From Nitrospinaceae bacterium (GTDB lineage Bacteria; Nitrospinota; Nitrospinia; Nitrospinales; Nitrospinaceae), in NCBI GenBank assembly GCA_965237905.1, contig OZ250172.1:1344001-1408000 (forward strand): DNA of 64,000 nt. The letters are read 5' to 3'. The position numbers were made by a program, and so were the translations under genes. The first letter of the stretch is position 1; every line of letters begins with the position of its first letter. Under the pieces are notes generated by a model, which was given only the letters and a program-made list of their open reading frames with translations, searched no databases and had not been told where the DNA came from. Positions 9,386-18,211 of this stretch are shown one piece after another.

Positions 9386-11353
9386 GTGAGTGAAATTCTC
9401 TGGCAACCCGATCGCGAACGTATTCAACGTTCCCAAATGTTTCGTTTTCTTCAGAGCGTGAACGAAACATTTTCGCTCCACTTTAACACCTATCCTGAAC
9501 TCCATCGTTGGTCGGTTCAGGAATTGGAAACCTTCTGGGAGTATTACCGGATCTATTCAGGCATCCAGTTCTCCCGGCCTCCCGATAAAATTCTTTCAAC
9601 ACGATCCATGCCCGGTGCCCGCTGGTTTGAAGGCGCGGAACTCAATTATGCTCAAAATCTGCTGGCCGACCCTTCGGCAAAAACTGCCATTATCAGCAAA
9701 GTAGAAGGCCGGCCTCTGACTACTCTCTCCTACTCCGACCTGGCGCAACAGGTGAAACGATTTGGCGCAGCTCTCCTGGAATTGGGTATTCAGCCGGGAG
9801 ACCGGGTGGCAGGATTTATGCCGAACATTCCAGAGACGGTGATCGCCATGCTCGGCGCGACAGCCATTGGCGCTGTGTGGACATCCTGCTCCCCCGATTT
9901 CGGCTCACAGGGCCTGAAGGACCGGTTCGGTCAGGTGGAACCTTCTGTGCTGGTGTGCGTGGACGGTTACTTTTATAATGGCAAATCACATCCTGTCTTG
10001 GATACCGTCCAAGCCCTGGTGCATGAAGCCCGGCATTTGAAACACGTTGTGGTGGTGCCTTTCATGGATCCCGCAATGGATCCTGCCCAGGTGGAGTTTC
10101 CCGAAACCTCGCTGTGGGACGATTTTTTGAAATCGGGTTCTTCCCAATTCAGCTATCAACCGTTCGCCTTCAATCATCCACTGTTCGTGATGTATTCCTC
10201 GGGAACGACGGGCTTGCCCAAATGCATCGTTCACGGTGCCGGGGGCACTCTCCTGCAACACCACAAGGAACATGCCCTGCATACGGACATCGGCCCGGAA
10301 GACGTGGTGTTCTATTACACCACTTGCGGCTGGATGATGTGGAACTGGCTGGTTTCTGTATTGGCGCAAAAGGCCGCCATTGTGCTTTATGAGGGATCGC
10401 CGGGCTTCCCCGATCTGCATGCCCTATGGGACCTGATCGATGAAGCCAAAATCACCGTATTTGGCACCAGCCCCAAATTTTTATCGCAAAATATAAAAAC
10501 CCGAATTGAGCCTTCAAAACGCTCCGATTTTCCGACCTTGCGCACGATTTTGTCTACGGGAGCGCCTTTGGACGAAGAATGTTTTCGCTGGGTATATCAC
10601 CATGTCAAAGCCGATCTGCAATTGTCCTCCATCAGCGGCGGGACCGATATCATTTCCTGTTTCATGCTGGGCAACCCGATGCTTCCGGTGCGTTGCGAAG
10701 AAATTCAATGCCTGGGATTGGGAATGGATGTGGTCTCCCTGAATGGCAAAGGACAACCTGTCCTCAACCAAAAAGGGGAACTGGCCTGCCGGTCTCCCGA
10801 GCCCTCCATGCCGGTTTCATTCTGGAATGATCACGATGGTTCAAAGTATTCCGAAGCATATTTCGACAAGATTGCCGGCATCTGGTTGCATGGGGATTAC
10901 ATTGAAGTGCGCGACTCGGGCGGGGTCATCGTTTACGGCCGAAGCGACGCCACACTGAATCCGGGAGGAGTCCGAATCGGCACCGCAGAGATTTACCGCA
11001 TCGTCGAACGCCTGGAAGAAGTCATGGACAGCTTGGTCATCGGCGTCGAAGAGGACAATGATCTGCAGATGCTTCTGTTCCTGGTTTTAAAAAATAGTCG
11101 AGATCTGGATGCCGATCTCAAACTTAAAATTCAGCAAACGCTACGCCGCGAAGCCACTCCGCGCCACGTTCCTAACGAGATGTATTCGGTGGGGGGGGTT
11201 CCAAAGACTCTGAACGGAAAGAAAATGGAGTTGGCGGTGCGGGAAATTTTTCAGGGAACTCAAACGGAAAACCGGTCTTCCATGAGCAACCCCGAATGCC
11301 TGAAGGATTACGAGGTTATATCGAGCAACCGTTCAGTGAAAGATCACTCATGA
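9386..11353 (+). CDS. Acetoacetate--CoA ligase
   Basis: WFEGAELNYAQN, YSSGTTGLPKCIVHG, TTCGWMMWNWL, SISGGTDI, GRSDATLNPGGVRIGTAEIY. Confidence 0.93.
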   Translation: MSEILWQPDRERIQRSQMFRFLQSVNETFSLHFNTYPELHRWSVQELETFWEYYRIYSGIQFSRPPDKILSTRSMPGARWFEGAELNYAQNLLADPSAKTAIISKVEGRPLTTLSYSDLAQQVKRFGAALLELGIQPGDRVAGFMPNIPETVIAMLGATAIGAVWTSCSPDFGSQGLKDRFGQVEPSVLVCVDGYFYNGKSHPVLDTVQALVHEARHLKHVVVVPFMDPAMDPAQVEFPETSLWDDFLKSGSSQFSYQPFAFNHPLFVMYSSGTTGLPKCIVHGAGGTLLQHHKEHALHTDIGPEDVVFYYTTCGWMMWNWLVSVLAQKAAIVLYEGSPGFPDLHALWDLIDEAKITVFGTSPKFLSQNIKTRIEPSKRSDFPTLRTILSTGAPLDEECFRWVYHHVKADLQLSSISGGTDIISCFMLGNPMLPVRCEEIQCLGLGMDVVSLNGKGQPVLNQKGELACRSPEPSMPVSFWNDHDGSKYSEAYFDKIAGIWLHGDYIEVRDSGGVIVYGRSDATLNPGGVRIGTAEIYRIVERLEEVMDSLVIGVEEDNDLQMLLFLVLKNSRDLDADLKLKIQQTLRREATPRHVPNEMYSVGGVPKTLNGKKMELAVREIFQGTQTENRSSMSNPECLKDYEVISSNRSVKDHS

Positions 11354-11406
11354 ACGAGCCAGGGATCCGTAAATTCGCGTGGAGGAGTGTTCCAACAACC
11401 GGGCCT

Positions 11407-12237
11407 TTATCTTTGCCGGGCCATGGTGGGTTGTTTTTCCAGTTCACGCCGGGACTGGTCCAAACCCAACCAGAAGGTATGGATGGCTTCAAGGGCCTGT
11501 TTGCCGGCACGAATAAATTTGTCTCCATCAAAACCCGGCTTAAAAAAAGATTCCTTGAGTTCCTCCAACACATTGTCCCCATGCCCCTTTTCACTATTGA
11601 AATGAAACAGGAAAAAATCCAGCGGTATGGGTGCTTCACCGGAATGCTGATTATTGCGGTTGTATTTTTCAATTCCGGTGATCAGTTCCTTCCAGAAATT
11701 GTAGGATTCGGCTTCCTCGCCCTTGCCCAGCCCCCAGGCCGCCCAGGTTTCGATGGCGTAACTGGCACCCCGGCCGACTTCCCCATCCTTACTGCCATAA
11801 GTCTCTTCCAGTCCATGAATAAATGCACGGGTGGCGGGCGCAGCGGATTCCCAGTTTCCCAGACCAATAGAGTCCAAACCTATGTTTTGCGCAGTTTCTC
11901 GAAGCCAATTGATATGCGCCCAGGAGGTTTTAAAGGGTTGGTCTTCGGTAGAACCGTTGGGGTGGGTTTTTACTCCCAACTCGTTGGCCAGGATGTAACG
12001 GGCATGGGTTTCGGCTTCCAGATCCGCCGCGTTGAGGAGCCGCATCATCTGAGCCAGCAAAAACCATTTGGAGAAGACGGCAAATTGTTTAAAAAGATCG
12101 ATCAACTGAGGTTTTGTGAATTCGCCCTTTTTAAACCATTTGCAGTAACTATTGTTGGTTATTACCGGATGCTCATGAATTTCGGTTTGAATGGCTTTCC
12201 AAAATTCGTCAAATTCCTTTTGCCTGATGGTATTCAT
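11407..12237 (-). CDS. Heme-oxygenase-like diiron oxidase (TenA/PqqC/CADD fold)
   Basis: HPV near the N-terminus, ANELG...AHINWL, YAIETW, FHFNSEKGH: an E/H, E, HxxExxH ligand pattern. Start uncertain (12237 or 12249). Confidence 0.7.
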   Translation of the reverse strand: MNTIRQKEFDEFWKAIQTEIHEHPVITNNSYCKWFKKGEFTKPQLIDLFKQFAVFSKWFLLAQMMRLLNAADLEAETHARYILANELGVKTHPNGSTEDQPFKTSWAHINWLRETAQNIGLDSIGLGNWESAAPATRAFIHGLEETYGSKDGEVGRGASYAIETWAAWGLGKGEEAESYNFWKELITGIEKYNRNNQHSGEAPIPLDFFLFHFNSEKGHGDNVLEELKESFFKPGFDGDKFIRAGKQALEAIHTFWLGLDQSRRELEKQPTMARQR

Positions 12238-12464
12238 AACAATTCTCAACTTTTGCGGTTCATAATTTCCCCCTCATTTTTTCATGGTCGGTTTCTCCTG
12301 GGTTTTAGGACCACTGTTGTATTTCGGTCGGGTTTTGGAGAACATACCCACACAAATAGTCTAACAGATCGGCTCTTTTCCGGGGTCAAAATCCGACCCG
12401 GACGAGTACATTATAACCCTTTGTTTCTTAAATTCTTATTCCCGACCCAAGGAGGTGCGGGCCG

Positions 12465-13820
12465 ATGAAAGTACAATCCCTTCGCGGTCAATGGTCTTCC
12501 CGCCTAACGTTTATCCTGGCGGCCACCGGTTCAGCGGTCGGGCTGGGAAATATCTGGAAGTTTCCTTATACGGCAGGGCAGAACGGAGGCGGGGCTTTTG
12601 TATTGGTGTATCTGGTTTGCATTTTTCTGATGGGGATTCCTATCATGATCGCGGAAGTGATGCTGGGTCGGCGCGCCCGGCAAAATCCCATCAACGCCAT
12701 GGCCACTTTGGCGGAACAGGAGCACCACAGCCCGGGTTGGGCAATGATCGGATGGTCGGGAACCCTGGCCGGGTTTTTTATTTTTTCCTTTTACAGCGTT
12801 ATTTCGGGTTGGGTGTTGTATTACATTTATCTTTCATGGGATCCCGGTTTTTCCGGTCTGACCATGGAGGAGTCGCAATCCTTGTTCCAGAATATGGTGG
12901 AGGACCCGTACGGACTCATCGGTTGCCACACGCTGTTTGTGGTCATGACTTTTTGGGTTGTGGCGCGTGGCATCCAAACCGGGCTGGAAAGGGCGGTTAA
13001 AATTCTCATGCCGGGCCTTTTGGTTCTTTTACTGCTCCTGTTGGGTTACTCCATGAATTATGGATCCTTTGGAGAAGCACTCCGGTTTTTGTTTCAGCCG
13101 GATTGGGATCACTTCTCCGGACAAAGCGTTCTGGCGGCCATGGGGCAGGCGTTTTTCACCTTAAGCCTGGCCATGGGGGCCATGATGGTTTACGGATCCT
13201 ACCTCCCTTCCGATATTTCGATTCCACGCGCCTGCATCGTTGTGGCACTTTCCGATACCGCCATCGCGTTGTTGTCGGGCTTAGTGATTTTTCCCATCGT
13301 GTTTGCCCAGGGTATGGCGCCGGCTTCCGGGCCCGGTTTGATTTTTCAGACTCTGCCGGTGGCGTTCGGCGCCATGCCGGGAGGGCAATGGTTCGCCTTT
13401 ATGTTTTTCATCCTGTTGGTATTTGCCGCCTGGACGTCTTCGATTTCCATAGTGGAACCGGGAGTGTCCTGGCTGGTGGAAAACCATGGGTGGAGCCGCC
13501 CACGGGCCTCGGTCATGATAGGTTTTGGGGGATGGCTGGTAGGACTGGGCACAGTGTTTTCATTCAACCTGTGGAAGGAGTTTACTGTCCTGGGTAAAAC
13601 GCTTTTTGAATGCCTCGATTATTTGACCTCCAACCTGATGCTGCCGCTGGGAGGAATGGCCATCACCATTTTTGCCTGTTGGAAACTTTCGGTCAACTCC
13701 ACGCGCAATGAATTAAACCTGCTGGGCCCATTCGAATTCAATCTGTGGCGTGGGGTTACCGGGATTCTCGCTCCCACGGCGGTTCTCCTGGTATGCTTAA
13801 ATTCCCTTGGGGTATTTTAG
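12465..13820 (+). CDS. Sodium-dependent transporter, NSS/SNF family
   Basis: GSAVGLGNIWKFPY..GQNGGGAF, GQAFFTLSL, GPGLIF, multiple TM helices. Confidence 0.95.
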   Translation: MKVQSLRGQWSSRLTFILAATGSAVGLGNIWKFPYTAGQNGGGAFVLVYLVCIFLMGIPIMIAEVMLGRRARQNPINAMATLAEQEHHSPGWAMIGWSGTLAGFFIFSFYSVISGWVLYYIYLSWDPGFSGLTMEESQSLFQNMVEDPYGLIGCHTLFVVMTFWVVARGIQTGLERAVKILMPGLLVLLLLLLGYSMNYGSFGEALRFLFQPDWDHFSGQSVLAAMGQAFFTLSLAMGAMMVYGSYLPSDISIPRACIVVALSDTAIALLSGLVIFPIVFAQGMAPASGPGLIFQTLPVAFGAMPGGQWFAFMFFILLVFAAWTSSISIVEPGVSWLVENHGWSRPRASVMIGFGGWLVGLGTVFSFNLWKEFTVLGKTLFECLDYLTSNLMLPLGGMAITIFACWKLSVNSTRNELNLLGPFEFNLWRGVTGILAPTAVLLVCLNSLGVF

Positions 13821-13995
13821 AGTCGCCAGCCCCATGATCATCCGCAAACAGCTGTCGGTCGTCGAGGAGCGCATACTGCGGGAACTGAAGGGGCAGTGCC
13901 GGAAACCCCATTTTCACGGCGGCCTGGACCAAGGTCTCCACGCTGGGAACCCCACCCAGCAACGAATAGAAGCTGTGGCAATTTAAATGGACCAT
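13821..13995 (-). pseudogene. Remnant of DNA polymerase III alpha / DnaE2 (PHP-domain N-terminus)
   Basis: MVHLNCHSFYSLLGGVPSVETLVQAAVKMGFPALPL matches the HLHxHSxYSLLDG...AL start of DnaE. Similarity ends after about 36 codons. Confidence 0.7.
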
Positions 13996-14134
13996 AAGCA
14001 AATAAAAAGCGAAAATAGAGGTCAAAAAAAATGAGTTCTTAACGAGTTATCTGGGAGGCCATTCTAACGGGAATTGGAGCAGGGAGTCAATGGGGGAGGA
14101 AATTCTTTTTGGGCTTCGGCTGCCGCTTTTTTAA

Positions 14135-14735
14135 TGTCACCATTTGTCAACACCCTTTAGGCCTCGATTATGGCCTTTTTAACCTTAACATTGCTTAACA
14201 GCCGGAATCTCCAGTTTTTCAGAAGCTCCCTCTTTATGTGTCCAAAAAATCCGCTCTTTTTATGGACCCAAAAAACTCAGCCTCCTTATTTTGTAATCCT
14301 TTTTATTGACTGTAAAAACTCTGGGTGAAGGAGTGGTTTATTGCCCTCCAAGACGTGAGTTTTCGTGAGTAGTCTGAACTCTGTTAATTGACCTGAGGAC
14401 TCCCAAAGGGATCTTTCTGAATGTTAGCTTTTGTTAGCCACCAGGAAAGGATTTTAGGCCTCCGGAATGTTAACATTTTTCAACATGCCGGGCCGCAATC
14501 TTCTCTGTCAAATGCCAGGTTTTGACAGGTTCCAGGCGCTCCCGCTTTTCAACAATCTTCAACATCCTCCTGCCTCCGAAGTGCCCTCCCAAACCTTAAC
14601 ATTCCCTAACATCTGGCGCCTGGGGATGGCTTCCTGGATACCAACATTTACCAACAACTTTGGACTCTTGGATGTTAACTTTTGTTAACCACCTGTGGCC
14701 TTCTGAATCGATTACAAAACTGAAGTTTTCTGAAG
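14135..14735. repeat. Array of about 11 degenerate direct-repeat dimers (hexamer-N4-hexamer, consensus YYAACA-N4-YYAACA) in mixed orientation
   Basis: For example ttaaca-ttgc-ttaaca 14185, tgttag-cttt-tgttag 14422, ttaaca-tttt-tcaaca 14470, tcaaca-atct-tcaaca 14549, ttaaca-ttcc-ctaaca 14596, ccaaca-ttta-ccaaca 14641, tgttaa-cttt-tgttaa 14673. Confidence 0.8.
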
Positions 14736-14906
14736 CAGTACGGGGCAGGGTTAAACTTCTAGTTTCCCCCAGTACCTATCGTAACCATGCGTCAGTGGCT
14801 ACCCCAAAAAATAGGCTGAATATGACTGGGTGGCTGAGTTAAAGATTTTTGGTATATTTTTGTTGTCATGGGTTGGTGGGACGGGCGTGGTACCGCGCAC
14901 GACCAG

Positions 14907-14935
14907 AGTGCCTGCTTTCGACCCAAAGCGGACGT
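14907..14935 (+). repeat. Hairpin-like repeat site, copy 1
   Basis: agtgcctgctttcgacccaaagcggacgt. The 17-bp core tcgacccaaagcggacg is identical at 16348-16364. Confidence 0.65.
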
Positions 14936-14981
14936 CCACATAGTTAGCAAGCAGATGATGACAGATGAAGAAGCGATGGCG

Positions 14982-15365
14982 TTAACTCTTAGCCCACCTG
15001 TTAATTTCGGGATCCCAAAATGCACCGTCCCCGATATAGCCATACTGAATTTCCAGATATTCTTCTATACGGTTTGGGCGGGGATACATGCTTCCTTCGA
15101 ACTCAATCCGATCGAGGGGAAAGATCACTATCCCCGGAATGAAGGATGTATCTACCCCGAATCCTTGGTATTGTTGAACGTAGGTCTTGTCCTGTTCGTT
15201 GTATTGGTAAAACATCACATCACAGCAAACCAATGGCCATTGGATCTCTCTCCCTTCGAAAGTCCCCTTGAAGGTTCCACCGGTCTTCAGCCAGATCCGG
15301 TAGCCTCTGCAATGGCCTCCTTTTCTCTCACTAGCGTAAAAGAAAAATTCCGGAAGTATTTTCAC
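14982..15365 (-). pseudogene. Probable LicD-family nucleotidyltransferase C-terminal fragment
   Basis: IFPLDRIEFEGSMYPRPNRIEEYLEIQYG resembles the LicD C-terminal iFPl....FeG.....P.....yL...YG motif. No N-terminal DDDxD region. Confidence 0.55.
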
Positions 15366-15446
15366 CGGATGATTTTCAATTTTTCAACCGAAAATGCTGT
15401 AGATTAACTGGGCGACTCCATCTGTTTCCAGGAGGAAAGAGTAATC

Positions 15447-16139
15447 ATGAATAAAGTGATCGGCACAGTCCTTCTGGCGGGTCTTCTGATCGGCTTTCTG
15501 ATATGGAGTACACCGGTGACGCGGCTAGGTTCCGGGTTTTTGATCGGAAACACCCGGTTTGTTCTCACCTATTACGACCTGGTGAAGGATGCTGAGAACA
15601 TCCAAGTCAAATTTCCCAATGAAGACGATATTCCGGCAAAATGGATATATAAAGGCAAAACGGACAACGTGGTGATTCTAGAATTGCTGGGGCCCCCAAA
15701 AGTAAAAAGAGAACCGCTTTCCATTCAGGCAGAAAATGCACTCTTAAAAGAAAGCTATGTTTTCTCTCTGGGTTACCCCTGGACGAACACTCTTGAAGAC
15801 AGGCATACTTTTCTCGAAGGATCCCTGGCATCACTGGAAGAAAATGCTTCCGGTTTTTTGGAAATCCATATGGACGTGGACCCGATCCACAGCGGCAGCC
15901 CTTTGTTCGACGGGAACAGAGAGGTCGTGGGAATGGTTATTTCGGCTAAAACGCTGTATGACCGTGGGGATTATTCTGGAAAACTGAACCTGGCGATCCC
16001 TGCTGCGGTTTTAATCGATGTGATGAAAACAAATAAAATATTCGGGAATGCCAATTCGGCTCCAACACTAAAAAACCTTCCTATAGAGGAATTCATAGAA
16101 GCGACAAGAAACAATGTTGTCCTGATCGAGGCGAGTTGA
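15447..16139 (+). CDS. Membrane-anchored trypsin-like (S1C/HtrA-type) peptidase domain protein, catalytic triad degenerate
   Basis: N-terminal TM, GSGFLIG, VFSLGYP, PIHSGSPLFD...VVGM. AGGAGG RBS. Confidence 0.75.
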   Translation: MNKVIGTVLLAGLLIGFLIWSTPVTRLGSGFLIGNTRFVLTYYDLVKDAENIQVKFPNEDDIPAKWIYKGKTDNVVILELLGPPKVKREPLSIQAENALLKESYVFSLGYPWTNTLEDRHTFLEGSLASLEENASGFLEIHMDVDPIHSGSPLFDGNREVVGMVISAKTLYDRGDYSGKLNLAIPAAVLIDVMKTNKIFGNANSAPTLKNLPIEEFIEATRNNVVLIEAS

Positions 16140-16335
16140 AATTTTAGTCAGAGAACCTGCTGACCGATTCACCCGACGAGATCATGCGGCAGATCGAAAT
16201 CTCGCGCCAGAAAATGATCACCGGCACCGCCAAAAATATACTGAACATCAAGAACGGCAACTCCGGCCAACCCGTTGAAGAGGGTATCCCGCCATATTGT
16301 GTATAATGTCCAGGTAGGCTCTCAGTTAGAAATCT

Positions 16336-16364
16336 AAATTACTGGAATCGACCCAAAGCGGACG
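16336..16364 (+). repeat. Hairpin-like repeat site, copy 2
   Basis: aaattactggaatcgacccaaagcggacg shares a 17-bp identical core with 14918-14934. Confidence 0.65.
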
Positions 16365-16426
16365 ATAAATTTAAGGTCATACAAACTTAATATTAAAAAC
16401 TTAGGTGAAAACAAAGGAGATATAAA

Positions 16427-17086
16427 ATGACGATTGCTGATGGACTTATGATTGGAGCAGTGTTGTTGGCTCCTTTGGTGGCCATTCAAGTACAAAAATG
16501 TCTAGAGAGCTAGAAAGAAAAAAATGAGAGAAAAGTGCAAATATTCAAAACGCTTATGTCTACTCGTGCGAGACGACTAGACCACTCACATGTCGAAGCA
16601 CTTAATATGATTGATCTGGTATTTTCGGGCGATTATGTTTGTGAAAAATGGACTGAATATTTGGATTCTCTTGCAACAGTACCTAAAAAACCTGCTGTTG
16701 ATGCTTCTGAAGCAGAGCAAAGAACTTATGATCAAGACCTCAAAACATGGATTGCTGGGCATGATGATAAATTTATAGATTTGCTCTATGAAATGTCTCG
16801 CGCTTTAAATTACAAGTTCGACAAAGTTCACTTGAAAAAAAGCATTTATTACCCGATAGCTCACTCTGACCTTGAATTAGAACAGCAAATTCTCCGCAGA
16901 GCGGCGTTATCGTTTTTTAGTGGAAATCACCCTGTTAAAATGGATGTAACTAAAATGCCTTCTCCTAGTGACCAAGATGAAATTATAGAAGTGCAAGCTA
17001 AAATTAGAAAGTACATTCTGGATTTAATGGAAGGGGAAAAAAGTTTTCCAGTATCCATGTCTGAGCCAGAAGAGAGAGCATCCTAA
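16427..17086 (+). pseudogene. DUF6680-like protein with an in-frame TAG at 16511-16513
   Basis: AAGGAG RBS, then MTIADGLMIGAVLLAPLVAIQVQKCLES*KEKNERKVQIFKTLMSTRA...HVEALNMIDLVF continues in frame into the 16535 ORF. AT-rich. Confidence 0.7.
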
Positions 17087-17147
17087 AAAGAAGACAAAGA
17101 AAGCCTTTCCCCTAAAAAACCTATTTGTTGGCTGTTCTTTTATTCTA

Positions 17148-17177
17148 AATGTCAGCTTCTGGCCGTTCCTACCGACA
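17148..17177 (+). repeat. Hairpin-like repeat site, copy 3
   Basis: aatgtcagcttctggccgttcctaccgaca resembles 19318-19347. Confidence 0.5.
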
Positions 17178-17217
17178 GAAACCGTTAGGCGAACGTCTGG
17201 TTTAAGTTGCACCACAT

Positions 17218-17357
17218 TTATGCTGAGGCTGCATCAGCGTCACGCTCTCAAAGCATTTCCGGCATCTGTAGGGGATGAAGAGGGCCATAGAAGACTTCCT
17301 AGGTTTTTGGTCCGAATCCTAACATAAACTCTGGACCACTTTTCGGGGGGCAGGTCA
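17218..17357. mobile_element. IS3-family-like end / MITE remnant, copy A
   Basis: 34-bp segment 17218-17251 is identical to 19146-19179. Ends in tggaccacttttcggggggcaggtca (reverse complement TGACCTGCCCC..., IS3-type terminal IR). Confidence 0.6.
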
Positions 17358-17445
17358 TTTTCAACGGCTTTATTCCGGGTAATTGTATTGACTTTTTTAG
17401 CTTTGTGATTAAAATTAGCCCATTCAATCCTTAAAGACCGTGCAT

Positions 17446-18201
17446 ATGAACCTTTTTTCCCGTTTGTACAGGATTCCACTGGCTCTGGCTATTCTGCTTC
17501 TTTTAGCGCAGGACGCTACCGCTTTAACCTTCCCTGAAAAACCTCCCGATGAAGATTTTTTTGTCGACTCCGCTGGCTTGATCAAGGAGGAAGACAAACC
17601 GACCCTCAACGAGATCACAAAAAAATTACTGGCAGAAGAAAGTATTCCAATTTATGTAGTCACCATAGAATCCCTGGCCGGGCAGGATGCGGTGAGTTTT
17701 CCCATAGAAAGATATACCACGGAACTGTTCAATCACTGGGGTATCGGGTTCAAAGATAGAAACAACGGCATGCTGTTGTTGATTTCCAGGGACGACCGCA
17801 AGGCGCGAATCGAATTGGGAGCGGACTGGGGCCGGGAATACGATTATCAGGCGAAGCAGATCATGGACGAACTGATCGTCCCGAGTTTTAAGCGGGGAGA
17901 TTTTTCTACGGGTATCCTGGATGGGGTAAGGGGTATGGAAGCGATGGCGAGGGGACTCCAATTGCCCAAACCCACAGCGCCCTGGTGGGTATTGCCCCTC
18001 ATCATTTTGGTTATTATTGGCTTCGTCCTATTGATCATCAACCTGTTCAAGACGGGGAAGTCGGGATGGGCCTGGGCACTTATCGCGTTTTTGGGAGTGG
18101 CTATTTTCTTCATGCTTAGAGCCGCGGCTTCCAGCGGAGGAAGTGGTGGCGGATTCGGCGGTGGGTTCTCAGGCGGCGGCGGAGCCACGGGGTCATGGTA
18201 A
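17446..18201 (+). CDS. TPM domain-containing protein (YgcG-like) with Gly-rich tail
   Basis: Signal peptide, FVDSAGLI, VVTIESL, WGIG...NNGMLLLIS..DRKARIELG, GFGGGFSGGGGATGSW. Confidence 0.9.
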   Translation: MNLFSRLYRIPLALAILLLLAQDATALTFPEKPPDEDFFVDSAGLIKEEDKPTLNEITKKLLAEESIPIYVVTIESLAGQDAVSFPIERYTTELFNHWGIGFKDRNNGMLLLISRDDRKARIELGADWGREYDYQAKQIMDELIVPSFKRGDFSTGILDGVRGMEAMARGLQLPKPTAPWWVLPLIILVIIGFVLLIINLFKTGKSGWAWALIAFLGVAIFFMLRAAASSGGSGGGFGGGFSGGGGATGSW

Positions 18202-18211
18202 AGGATGAATA

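Noticed and set aside
12246..12263. Five-codon ORF with strong RBS just upstream of the diiron gene (leader peptide or frameshift)
   Set aside because: Cannot be distinguished from chance or a one-base indel without reads or homologues.
11296..12468. 390-aa plus-strand ORF
   Set aside because: Antisense shadow of the diiron-enzyme gene. No recognisable motifs and it overlaps genes on both sides.
14467..14688. 73-aa ORF across the repeat array
   Set aside because: No clear RBS, and the repeat motifs occur in different frames and on both strands, so the pattern is DNA-level.
14135..14735. CRISPR array interpretation
   Set aside because: Repeats are only 16 bp, degenerate and in mixed orientation, and there are no cas genes in the window.
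14868..15407. 179-aa plus-strand ORF
   Set aside because: Shadow of the LicD-like fragment on the minus strand.
16157..16306. Possible C-terminal gene fragment (LLTDSPDEIMRQIE..., LOG-family-like)
   Set aside because: Too short to assign, and no start codon context.
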